This document shows positions 38,911-51,017 of a stretch of 64,000 nt of DNA, in pieces. The DNA is from Callorhinchus milii (Eukaryota). Every line of letters begins with the position of its first letter. The stretch's first letter is position 1. The translations under genes and the position numbers were made by a program. Where the stretch lies: NCBI RefSeq assembly GCF_018977255.1, contig NW_024704743.1, positions 86,678,001-86,742,000 of the forward strand, in the 5' to 3' direction. The notes under the pieces were generated by a model, which worked only from the letters and a program-made list of their open reading frames with translations, was not told the DNA's origin and ran no database searches.

Positions 38911-39135
38911 CACTGTGCGTATTCATGTGAATTTCAAGAGCCCTGGCATTGGGGAAGCTCTTGCTGCATTGTGGGTAAGGACAGACATATGATTGCTGAA
39001 GAGGACCGGCCTCTCTCTCCTCTGTCAGCGAGGATGCTTCCCTCTGTCTCCCACTGCAATAATACATTAGGTGAGCTTGCAGGTTCCGTTCACTGCGGTA
39101 CCAAATTCCACATGATTTGCATGGAAAGATGTCTT
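38911..39135 (-). CDS. ZFPM2: ZFPM2 internal exon (exon 7 equivalent, 225 nt): zinc fingers 1 (CCHC) and 2 (C2H2)
   Basis: Translates (K)[32 protein letters not shown]...[24 protein letters not shown](G). Acceptor tgcag|AA at 39136/39135 and donor G|gtaaga at 38911/38910. Phase 1-1, in frame with both neighbours. Confidence 0.97.
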
Positions 39136-39403
39136 CTGCAATGACAATTTAAGATGTACATTATATACATTATAGTGCGTGTGAAATCGGCCAGGTCATA
39201 AATTAAACTATATTAGTTTAGAATAATCATAATCCATACAACATCAATACATTCCCACACTCCCACCCCACCCCTATACAAACAATTGGTTTGGATCTCT
39301 TTTCAACAAGTAAAGACAATCAATGAAACATTTGTTTAACAACTGTTGAAAATTAGTCTCCAAATGTCAACAATGGGGTCAAAAAACATCGGCCTGACAC
39401 TTG

Positions 39404-39618
39404 TGGGGAGAAATTCCACCTGGCTCTATATTTACTCTATTAACATAGCATTTCAGTGTGTTCAAAATAGGGCAAATTCTTAAACACAACCTCCGTTTTG
39501 AAATCATCTTTCTGTGTCTTTTAAGAACAAAGGAAAAATTAAGTGAATTTCCTAATTCTGGATGCTCTAAAATGCTAGATGTATTGTAGTAAATCTAGCC
39601 CTGGGGAATTTCTCCCCA
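39404..39618. mobile_element. Fold-back MITE-like element with long imperfect inverted arms
   Basis: tggggagaaattcc (39404-39417) is the exact reverse complement of ggaatttctcccca (39605-39618), and the arms remain alignable ~60 nt further inwards. A related left end lies at ~41258-41320. Confidence 0.7.
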
Positions 39619-40840
39619 GGGGTTATGAGCCACTCAGAGTTGTTTAACAAGGAATTCTGCTGGTGAGTTGCAGGATCCCTGCTCTGAGGCACTATTAGTG
39701 GATCCTGCCAATCATTTACTGTCAGTTACTGGCCTGATTCTGTGATAGTCACTGTTAGCGAATCCCAATGTGAACCTCTGTTTTTTCAATCCCATTATTC
39801 CTCTAAATTGGTCCAATATTTAGCATTAACTTTAGGTACAATAGTCCCTCCTTCAATGAGGTTCTCCAAATAAATAAATCATAGACATTACAGCACTGAA
39901 GGAGGTCATTCATATCATCAGGTTTATACTGGCTTCTTCCCTGCAGCCCTACAATTTTCCAATTGAAACATAAAGACATCTCTAACTGCAAGAACCAGAA
40001 GTAACACAGGGAGAAAACGCACAGTGATCTTAAAACTTCTGTGACACCAAGATCAGGTAAAATGTCATCGCCTTTAAATTTCATTGTCTGCCTTCAAGGA
40101 CATTAGCATTGCTGGAAAATTATTTGCCAAACCTTTTTCCTTTTTTTACAATCATATGGTAAAATGATATAAATCACTTTGAAGAGCATTATCACATTAC
40201 TTGCACATTATTATAAACAAACAAAAATGAGAGCCATGGTTATTCTGGACCTTCTCCTGTTCCCAATAATAAATGGTTTGTCAGATTTTTTTTCCATGGA
40301 GTCAATGCTACTTTAAGAAGAAGTTCACAGACTTGGGAGATCATGCAAAGCATCACATGTCAAATACAGGGTAGAGCATAAAAGAACAATTTGTGAACTA
40401 AATAATTTACACCACAGTTCGTGCTTGACAGGGGAGTGTAGAAAATTAATGAGGTATACGTGATTTGTCTGTAGTCTGATTTCAGGGCATCAATGTCTCT
40501 TCTAATGTTGTATTAATACTATTAATGTTACAGGCTGAAGTTTCTCAGCTTAACTGCCAAGAAGCATGATGCTATGAGGCAATAAGTCAAGTCCATACTT
40601 TGCTAAGTGAATGAAGTTCCTTTTAGATTGGTGCAAGAACTAAACAATTATTTCTCTACTCCAAACAGCTCCCATGAATTGCCAACTACACACCACCCAC
40701 CATTTAATTTTAAAAAATAGTTTTAAAGTCAACTTGCTCAAAATATTTCTTCTTACATGTGTCCAATTTACTTATTTTTTAATGAAAAAAGGAAAGCAAG
40801 TTTTTTTGTTTAAAAAGCATATTTAATAAAAATAACTTAC

Positions 40841-41047
40841 TATTGACAATTGCTGTAGGTAAAATAGATGCCATGGCTGCTTGTTGAGGAAGCAGCTGTA
40901 TCGTATCGAGGAGGCGAGCTGGATACATGCCCTCGGTGATGGCCATTTGGCTGACAGCTTGCAGCCTTGAGTCAAATTCCACAGCAAATGCAATCAGCTC
41001 CTCGCCCTCCGATAGCATTTTTGTTGTCGTGCACCAAAGCTGGCCCC
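40841..41047 (-). CDS. ZFPM2: ZFPM2 internal exon (exon 6 equivalent, 207 nt): C-terminal part of the PR/SET-like domain and linker
   Basis: Translates (G)[68 protein letters not shown]. Acceptor cag|GG at 41048/41047 and donor A|gtaagt at 40841/40840. Phase 1-1. Confidence 0.97.
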
Positions 41048-41167
41048 CTGCACAGGAGACAAAATGTTTGGTAGATCACTCAAAATCTGTTAGAAAGTCA
41101 TAATTTGGGAGATCCCGCACAGCCTTGATAAAATCTCCTCAGTGTCACCCAAATAATATCACTGCAT

Positions 41168-41213
41168 TGGCCATCACAGAGAGCATGTATCTAGCTCGCC
41201 ACCTCGATACGAT
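41168..41213 (+). repeat. Inverted copy of ZFPM2 exon sequence 40900-40945 (42/46 identical)
   Basis: tggccatcacAgagAgcatgtatcTagctcgccAcctcgatacgat versus exon mRNA tggccatcacCgagGgcatgtatcCagctcgccTcctcgatacgat. Confidence 0.95.
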
Positions 41214-42179
41214 CAGGCTCTCAACTGATCTTTTGGTTCTATGAGATTTCTAAACCATGGGGTGGAAATTACACCTGGGTGTAGATGCATTCTATTAAAA
41301 TGGCTTTTTGGGGTGTGCAAAATTTGGCGATTTGTTGAATTCTGTTTTAACTCTGAAGCTGTTTTCTATAGTTTGCAATAAAGCTTTCAGAAAACCAGCT
41401 CGAAAAATTAAAAACTATATTTAATATTTTTGACAAATTCTGAGCTAACTTATTGGAACAGTCTAGGTTGATGCTCCAATGTAGTGCTGAGGGCAGTTGC
41501 ATTGTCAGAGATGTCATCCTTTGGATGAGACATTAAACCAGAGTTCTATCTGCCTCTTCCGGTGGACGTTAAAGATCCTGTAGCACTATTTGAAAAGAGA
41601 AAAAAGCTTCTTCTTGTGTCTTGGCTAGAAATCTACTCGCTGTGTGTGGGATATTACTGTGTGCAAATTGTCTACTGCATACCAAACAAAATATACAGTC
41701 ATGGTACAGGACAACCATGTTATAATGCAGTGTTTTTAGTTCATAAAATTAGACACCACATTACCATCAGTCTGCAAAAAAACATGGCTGCCAGTACCAC
41801 ACTTGGGTCATCAGATCATCAAAGACACCACTTTTGGCTTTCTGCACATAGGAAGCTGGTCACTTTGTCTCACCCACTCTCATGAGTGGTTCTCGCTCTG
41901 GAAACACTTATGAGAGTAGTTATCGATTAGCTTCCTCTGGGCAGTGCAAGAAACCAGCTGGTCTATGGCAGAAGCCGTAAGTGTACGGTAACACAAACCC
42001 TCAGGTTATAATTGGTCACTCACTTCAGTGAGACATGTTGGGATGTTGAGACATAGTGGGATCATACTATATTCAACAATAATTACTGAAATACATTTTG
42101 AGGTGTTTTAGAGTTATAGGTACTACTTCAAATGTAAGGATTATTTCATTATACTTTTTTTAATTTATTATAAGGTATT

Positions 42180-42350
42180 ACAACAACAACAACAAGATTG
42201 CATTTATAGAGCGCCTTTCACGTCGGGAGGACGTCCCAAGGCCCTGGACAGTTGGGTCGGGACCCGAGCAGGGGAGAAATGGTCAGGGTAAGGGGAAGGA
42301 AGGGAGGGAGCGAGGAGGGGGTAGAGAGTCAAGCGGGGAGCTGAAGGCAT
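42180..42350 (-). mobile_element. L2 3' tail fragment
   Basis: (caa)n gattgcatttatagagcgcctttcacgtcgggaggacgtcccaagg; near-identical to 62255-62420. Confidence 0.88.
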
Positions 42351-43789
42351 AGAAGGTCTGTTTCATAATTCAGCCTGACTCTGGACTTACTTCTCAAGTC
42401 TTTGATATACATCCTACAGACTGAGTATACTAGTCCTGCCAGCTTTCAACAGTGAATATGAATATAAACCAAACAACCATTCATTAGTGAAGTAAAAACG
42501 GGAGAGTCTTTGAAAGTAACTACACAGTGTTTAGTTTCCAATATGAAAACGTTTTTACCTACACTTCATTTTATCCTCATGGAAATTCAAGTTTAGAAAA
42601 AAATGTTCGCAAGAATCTGGTAGAAAAGATAAGAACAAGTAAGATATGCTAACACACTGACAGAATTAGGACATTGTTGTACAGAAACCCAGGCCAATTA
42701 ATTAAACCAGTCTGTTGGTTTTCAACAGCATGCAAACAAACCTATGCAAAGCCCTTCATCATTTGCAATGGATTTTGTTTTTGGAAATACAAAGTGATTG
42801 TGACAATAACCTCCTAAATCCATGTTACATTAGCAGATTAATGATATAATTATTGTGTACAAAACTCTTCTGAGGCGAAGAATATGTGGCTCAGATATTT
42901 TAAACTGTGTGGCGGGTGGGCTGCAGGGAGGATGATCAAATCAGGTTAGGAGACAACACAGTGATGGATAGCCAAGACTGCTCAGTATATGTGAAGAAGC
43001 ATTTCATACTGCCCGTCACATGCTTTCTATCAAGGATTGTCAATTTATACCATTTACAGAGTGAAGTAGGTCTGATTCAGAAAATTTGCAGCTGCCACAC
43101 GAATGCCCTTACATTTTTAAGGTCTCTGTTGCACACATCTGTCCCAATTCTTCCTCTTTCAGCCACTATGGCAGGATAATCTGAACAGCAAATTTTCTTC
43201 ACTAAATGTAATATTATTTAAGGCATTTCCACATGAAAGTATAACAAAAATGCTTTTGGCCCCCAAATCCCATTTTTGCTTCAGAACCTACTTTACTCAT
43301 TCTACCTTGCACTCTTCCAGAGACTTTTAAAGCTCCCGGTGATAACTTGCGGAAAGGTAACCCATGCAGAACTATAGCACACATGTCTGTCTGTACATTA
43401 CTTTTCTTTGCACAACTTGCCACAGTCCTGGCAGCTCAGGCAGAATCATGTTCCGTTCACTTCCACCAGCACTTATTCCAACAGACCTTAGTCCTATTCC
43501 TAAACAGACGGTCATCCAGTTATTTTTTCCTGGAGTTAATTGGTTTAGCTGTGAAGCTCTTCCTCATATCCACAACACTTTGGGGAAAGGAATCCTTCCA
43601 ATCTCAATATTGTTTGAGACGCATTAAGTTTTTTTCACTCATGTCCTCTGGTTAATTTGCTCACAATCAAAATGAAATAACCTATTTGTATCTACGTGGT
43701 TCATTCCTCCCGGTATTTTAAAGACCTGGATGACGTCTTCTCTCCGTCTGTTTTTCTCTGATGTAAATAGGTTCAGTTCTATGAGTCTC

Positions 43790-44180
43790 ACTGCAATACT
43801 CAGAACACAAAGTTATCACCTGTGTCACTTTTCTCTGAGTCTGGCCAAGGTCATCCGCAAACAATGGTCCTGCAAGCAGCTTTCACTGTCCCTCCTCAAT
43901 CTCTCCGCGGCCATTGACAATGTCGACTATTCTATTGTCCAATGTTTCTCGGCTATGACCCATCTCTGTGATTCACTCGTCTCAATATCATGACTCATCA
44001 TTTCCTCCAATGGGTTTTCTTCCCCTCCCCGCCCAGTCATCTGTGTTGTACCCAGGCCTCTATCCTTCACCTTCTCTGATTTTGTATCTATACGTTTACC
44101 TCAGTGACATCATCCTCTGACATGGGATGAGTTTCCAAAACCCAGCTCTATCTCTTCACTTCTATTCCTGATTCCAGGAC
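43790..44180 (+). mobile_element. Highly degenerate L2 RT fragment
   Basis: LLNLSAAIDNVDYSI resembles the LLDLSAAFDTVDH motif. Confidence 0.65.
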
Positions 44181-45804
44181 AGGAAGGAAGACGCAATTTA
44201 AATTCCAAATAGAAATTTACTTGTAGAAAAATATAAAAAATGTTTTCCTAATATCAGTATTTTTAAAAAAAAGTGTAATTGAAACGTCCTGCTCCTTTAA
44301 ATGGAATAACATCATTCTCTTTGTAGCACCCTTATAATTCTCCCGTTTTGTTACCTGGTATTGTCTGCAAGAATCAAATCTCTATTACTTTATTTATAAA
44401 CTGTTCTATATATACCTACCAATATATGTCTGGCAAGCTTTCCTGCTGCTTGTCCAGCAAGGACCACCCTATGTTAGGGTTTTGGCTTGCAGGATTAACA
44501 GCAATTTATTGGAATGATTCTCTATCCCAAGTAACTAATCTGCTCTTCCAAGTTTTGCTGATGAGCCAGGCTGGCTGTGCTGTCATCAGCAGTGGCCTGG
44601 AGTACTGCGGACCCACCTGGCTCAGCAACCAGACTACCAAGGTCTGACAGAGGTCTGACTTGATTCCGAAATTCCATTGCCAAGCCTGTCACCTTGGAGC
44701 CAGTTCAGGTCCTAGGAGATCCTGTTTACCTCCACACCAAGGAGGATAAACAAAGTCTTTCACTTCATGACTGTTTGTGGGACATTGCTGTTTGCCAATT
44801 GGTTGATTTGTTCAACAATAACAAACTTGCATTGATATAAAGCCCTTCACATGAGGTAGCATCTTGGAGCACTTTATTCACCTTCAAATACACACTCTCT
44901 ACAATTCACAGGAATTAGATGGCAGCATTGGAGTGCATGGCCAGGTGTTATCTATTCTTTTTGCACCATCTATTCATTCTGTGCAGACAATGCATGCACC
45001 ATAGTCCCATCAGTTGTTCAAGAGTCATATTCCACAGTGGCAAAACAGACTGCAGTTCATCTTGGAAAAGTTAGTGGAACAGGAATTGGTCGTTCAGCCT
45101 GTCCAGCCTGTTCGCTAAGCTACACTTTCTGTGTTCTGTGTCAGAGCTGACGATTAATGGTTAAACTTGGCCATTGGTGATTACTGACCCCCAGAAACAT
45201 CATTATTGAACAAACAACTGAGCCTATTGTCTGTCTGTCATCTATTCTCCACAGCGACCGCTTATTGTTGTTGGTGAAACACATTTGCAGTGAGCTCGCA
45301 CCTCCACGCTAACCTGTTTAATCTCAACGTCATCGCTTAGGTTTTATGTGGTTTCAAAACTTCTGCTGCAGGGAAAATGGGGGAGATTGTTGAAATCCTC
45401 CTGCAAAGTACCTGATAAAAGAATGAAGGCCTTTCTACATATCCTCAAAACAATAGAGGAATTAAAGAGAGACAAAAGGCTAGCTGCTTCAGAAGAGCAC
45501 TCAGCAAAGAGCCCAGCTACAGAGGAATACAGAGAATTTGACTGGCTCATTCCCCACATTTTAGGTTTAGTTTTGTTGCTTAGTGTTAATTAAAAGCTTA
45601 TTCATTAAAAAATAAATAGAAAACAGGCCAGATCCAGATCGGAGATATCTGGACCAGTCAGAAATTGTGATATAAGAAAAAAATTGGACTTTCTCCAATT
45701 CAATAACGCTTTGCAGATCTGTTGTTTTTTAAATAAACCCCAGTAAAGAGAGGATAGTTGTTAATATTTGTGATTTGCATAGGTGTAATAATAACAATAT
45801 CCTT

Positions 45805-46070
45805 GTAACAACAACAACTTGCATTTATATAGCACCCCCTCATAGTGTCCCAGAGCATTTGACAATGACGCCGAGCCAGGGGGAGGTGACTGTAGGCACG
45901 GTAGAAGAGGAAGGTCTTCCAGCACGACCTGAAGATGGGGAAGGAAGGGGCAAGATGGAGGGACAGAGGAAGAGTGTTCCAGAGTTTAGGAGCGTAGTGT
46001 CTGAAAGTGCGGTGACCGATGGTAGAATCCCGTGTCTGCGGATGACATTGGTAAGAGGGAGCATATAGAT
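45805..46070 (-). mobile_element. Old L2 3' fragment
   Basis: IGHRTFRHYAPKLWNTLP...WKTFLF remnant and (caa)n tail. Confidence 0.8.
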
Positions 46071-46458
46071 GAGTATATTGTATTTGGTATAGCACCTATC
46101 ACGCGGAAATGTCTCACACCGCTTCACTCCACTTCACAGTATATCCTGTGAAGTGCTTTAGGATGACCTCCCAAAATGGAAGCCGCTATGCCAAGTGTAA
46201 GAATTATTATTTTTATTATTATTATTATTATTTACAGTAAAATCCTGTGAAACACATTGACATGTTTCAATGACATGATAAGACATCAAAAGCAAACATT
46301 ATTAGTATTATTTTATTTTTGAACAGGATATAAATGATGCTGAAACCTATCTCTACTTTTTACTTTATTATGAAGAGTGTGGTACTTGGATGTTCTTCTG
46401 GCTCTTTGCCCTCAGCTCGCATCCAAAATAGGTGGCAATACGCTCCTTCCCCTTCCCA

Positions 46459-46474
46459 CCAGCAGATGGCACTA
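46459..46474 (+). promoter_or_regulatory. Candidate CTCF site
   Basis: CCAGCAGATGGCACTA fits the core consensus CC[AG][CG][CT]AG[AG][GT]GGC[AG]C, in unique sequence. Confidence 0.5.
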
Positions 46475-46694
46475 GACATGCACCACCTCAGGTCCAGTGC
46501 CATATAAAAGTTTTGGGTTGCTACCATTTCAATGCTGCTTCAATTTAGGTGAAGTGTTGACACAACGAGCTGGAGAGGTGAGACAGACACACAGACAGAC
46601 AAGGGAAGTTCATGTTTGCTTCGGGAGAACCTGGCGATATCAGCCATTTTGTAAAATTGAAATGACTGGACATAATACAACTCAATCAGCAGCG

Positions 46695-46905
46695 AGTAAT
46701 AATATTCCTTGCATTTGATATAGTGCCTTATCACGACATCTCAAAGCGCTTCACAGAATATACTGCAAAGTGAATTGACTGTGTAGAATTTTTTGTAGGC
46801 GAAACGCAGCAGCCAATTGCACAGAGCAGTGTCCCACAAACAGCTGTGGATTGAGTCATCCATTTTTTTAAGTAATTATTATCCCCGGAAAAGCGATCTA
46901 CTAAT
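46695..46905 (-). mobile_element. SINE 3' half
   Basis: Common tail ccttgcatttgatatagtgccttatcacgacatctcaaagcgcttcacag. Confidence 0.8.
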
Positions 46906-48730
46906 CATACAAAGGCATTGATAACTAGGCATCAAAAGAGCCACATTGCAGGCCATATACATCTATCTACAGTACACTGCAACATGTCAGTTACTGTCCT
47001 GACAAGCTTTGGCTCTCATCATCTGCACAGAGATTCTCATGGATCAGGCAAACGGGGTGCATCCAGCCAGGAAGGAAGAGCACACATTTCACACCAGACA
47101 AACGGAAACTTTCTTTGCATATGTGAAATTCCCAGTGGCTGGGTTTGGAGACTATTAAGCATGGTGTTGAGTTTCCCCATTTGTCAGACATCCAGCTGAC
47201 CGAAAAAAAATGTACTCCCAAGAGATAAATCTCATTCCTCTCGTAACAAGTACACTACTTAGCCACTACTATGTATATCTTTTTACATGTGTCCACACAT
47301 GGATCACATGCACATGAAACAAGGCTGTCCCTTTAAGAATAATAAAAATGATCCTTACATTTGATATAGTGCCTTATCACATCTTCGAAGAGTCTCAAAG
47401 AGCTTTGCAGAATATACTGTAAAGTGAATTGATAGTATATTTTGTGGGCGAAACTTGGCAGCTAATTGCACATAGCAGTCTCCCACAAACAACAGTGGAT
47501 TGAAGTGACCAATTTATTATTATATTTCTTTAAGGAATTACGCAGATTTCAGTCCTTCTCCATTCACTCAGTCCCTGATCTATCCAAATTATTATTTAAA
47601 TAAACTAAACAGCGCATCCTCACACAGATTTCCTTACAATGGAGCATTGTAGAGTAATTCCTTAGCAGCTACCTGACTGCATTTCCTTAAAACATATGTA
47701 ATAGCTGGAACTGGGATTGCCATGCTGTTTGGGAATAAAACATTATACAGATTAGAAGAGGTAATATACCTTTGTCAGGTTAATGTCTTTTTCACAGTAG
47801 TCACATACACTGAGGAAATCTCAACAGTTTGTTTTGCTTCAACAAAGTTGTTACCAAGAAAGAACTGAAAATAAATGCATTTAACCCTCTCCCTGACAGA
47901 ACATTTCTAATACTGCACTGACAGCACCATGATTAAGGGGATTTGATTTGACTTAATGTGGGGGGTACAGGAGAAAGGAGAAAATGCAGCATGCGATGTG
48001 GTATTTATTATGGGTGATAATTAACGTAAGGGCAGAAAATGCAATTAGAACACGTCCTATAAACCTATCCTTAAGAACAGATTTTTTGAGCAAATGAAGG
48101 ATTCAAGGGCAGCAAATTCAAGAAAAACATTCAAGGCCTACAGATTACACAGTCACTACATTTTACAGTAAAGTCAGTGAAGTGCTGTTATATCAAATGT
48201 AAGGATTATTATTATTTCAGTCTGAAGATCCTTCCTCCCCCATTTCTGGAGAATGGTTGCTCACACAGGTATGATCAGAACCAGAATGACTCTATCTTTC
48301 ATTCTAGTCAGTGATATCTGAGGCATTCATTCCAGGCCCTCGACGATGGGTTACCTTTCAGCTTTAAATTTTAAAATGCTACAGGATGTAAATGCTGTTT
48401 AGCATTACACGCAGCACTTTTGGTGGCCAAACTTGCCAAGGATACTCGACACTGAATGGAATTTTTCGGCATAAGTGAAGCAGGGATGGATCCACAGCCG
48501 AAAACATGTTGGGCATCGGATCGACTCTCCCTACAAATACACAGCCAGAAAAAGCGTTCCCTCCTTCATCACACCCTGCTTCAGATTGAAGATTGAAGTC
48601 TAAAATTAAAGTAAAAGCGCTGAGTGTAGCCTGGAATACAGGCCCTAGATTAAACCTACTGACAACAAAAGTGTTGACAATTTGATTTGATTTTGTTAGA
48701 GGTGGAGAAGAAATCATTTTGCAGAAGTTA

Positions 48731-48952
48731 AGGGGGAGGAGGAGATAGGAGGATACAGGGGAGGAGAGGAGGAGGGGGCACGAGGAGAGAGTAGGATTGA
48801 GGGAGGAGGAAAAGAGGTATTGAGGTGGAGGGAAGAGTAAGAGGAGGATGAATACGGGGCGGAGGAAAGGAAGTGAAGAGGGAGGAGGAGGGGAGGAAGT
48901 GAAGGAGGGAAAAGAAAGGAGGGGGAAAGGTAGAGGAGGGGAGGGTGGAGGT
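48731..48952. repeat. Polypurine (GGA-rich) low-complexity tract
   Basis: About 220 nt almost entirely G/A. Confidence 0.9.
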
Positions 48953-50187
48953 CAGTCCCAAACCTCGTTGTTGTTGCTGTTCCAAACCTACTATTAAGGT
49001 TGGGTTTAAACAACATGTTTAAATCACTCTCTCTGCCCTTGTGATAAGTCTGACCTACAATAATCATCTCATCACAAACTCCATCTATCTACATTTACCC
49101 CCTAATATTTTGAGAAAAAAAGACCTGTTTTGACTGAGTAAAGTGTGCCTTTGTTAACAACCAGCAGCATTACTACAGCAAAAAACAATTACAATCCTAT
49201 CCTTTAAGGACCAGAATGTTTCGGGTGCACAGAGAAAATGGAGAATTTAATCTGGAAATGTTTGACAATTTCAATAAATATCCCCATAATAAATCCTGAC
49301 TAATTACTTTGTATTCAGCAGAGATAACCAGAAGGTTCTTTAAAATCTGGCTACATATTTTGTGCAATCCTGTGCCATGATCATATTTAAGCTCGCAGTT
49401 CCGCCCACAGATATTTTCTGTTCCAGAAAAAAAGTGATGCAAGTTGTTCCTTCAAAAACAACTTTGATTCCTCATAATAATCCTTACATTTTTTCATCCT
49501 TTGGTCCTGTTGTCTGTTCAGGTGGACGTTAAAGATCCCATGGCATTATTTGAAAGGGAAGGAAGTTTCTCCCAGCGTCCTGGCCAACAATCCCCCTAAT
49601 AAAATTAGTCATTCACTTCATGGCTATTTGTGGAATGTTGCTGGGTGGAAACTGGCTGCTGTACTCACCTACAAATTACGATGATTATCTTTTACAGTTG
49701 ACTGTAAAGCTTTTTGAGAGTTCCTCCTGATGTGAAAGGTTCCATACCAAATGCAAGGATTATTATTATAAGTTCCTGCATCATGTGCCCAATGACTGAT
49801 TGCCTTTACAATATCATGGACTGCATCATGTCAACTGCCCGAACCAAATTCCCTTCAGCATGAGGCAAATTGGCAAGCCTTGGCTTTCACTAACCTGCAC
49901 CTAAATTCTTTATAGGACTAGGTAAGCAGGCTGCTTCCCTCTGGGAAGAGAGCACACACTCCATACCAGTTAAATGGAAACCATGCAGTTGTGGACGCTC
50001 AATAATTTGGCTTGCAAACTATTGAACACAGCAATGGGTTTCCGCATGTGTCAGACACCCAGCTGATCAAAAACAATTCCTGTAATTTAAGGTAATTTAA
50101 GGTATTTACAAAACTGGGAAACACACTGAGGATTTATCCATTTCAAAGTATCAGTGAATTTTCAGGAACGTTAATTTTAACATAGAA

Positions 50188-50604
50188 TGTGTCAGCCTGG
50201 CTCAGCCTCTGAGTCAGAAGGTTAAGGATTCAAGACTCACGTTGAGATTTTGAACTCACAGTCTAGACTAACACTCAAATACAGAGCTGGAGGATTGCAA
50301 CATTGTTGGAGTTGCTCTTCTTCGAACGAGATGCTGAACCGTGGTCCAGTCTGCCTGTTTAGGTAATGTTAAAGATCCCATGGTATTATTTGAAAAGAGA
50401 AAGGAGTTTCTTCTGGTGTGTTAGCCAATAACTCCCCAAGTAAAATTGGTCATTCACTTCATGGCTCTTTGTAGCACATTCCTGTGTGAAAATGGTCTGC
50501 CGTATTCGCCTACAAAATTTAGTCACGACAATTTACAGTACATGCTGTGAAGTGTTTTGAAATGTCCTCCCAACGTGAAAGCTAAGGATTATCATCATCA
50601 TTAT
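50188..50604 (+). mobile_element. Older Deu-domain-type SINE (SacSINE1/AmnSINE1-like), near full length
   Basis: Head gtgtcagcctggctcag...tctgagtcagaaggtt and core gttaaagatcccatggtattatttgaa, which I recognise as Deu-domain-like. Family name from memory, not from a search. Confidence 0.7.
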
Positions 50605-50905
50605 TCTGCAAGATCAGAAACTGCAACAAACTCAACAAAACAATACTACACTCAGCAAACAAGGAAGGATCATGACTATTCATTTCCATCACTGAGAAAT
50701 AAACCCACCATGTGGCTCTCAGTGCAGTATATGAGTGGTGTGAACTTCAATGCATTGTTTAGAAAACTTTAATCATGACTGTGTCTAACACAAACGTCAG
50801 ATCCGGAAAGGACAGTAACCCAGCACAAAATATCCAGACAAAATCAAACCTCAGTGCATGGTTGAACAAAATGCAAAATAATGCTGGAAATCTAAAACAA
50901 AAACA

Positions 50906-51017
50906 GAAGTCACTGGGAACACTCAGCAGGTCAGGCAGCATCTATGGAGAAAGGAAAGATGCAAAAGGCCTTTCTCCATAGATGCTGCCTGACCTGCTGA
51001 GTGTTCCCAGCGACTTC
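50906..51017. repeat. Inverted repeat: 49-bp arms (1 mismatch), 14-nt loop; shark-type palindromic repeat
   Basis: 50913-50954 is the perfect reverse complement of 50969-51010, extended by gaagtc/gacttc. Confidence 0.95.
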
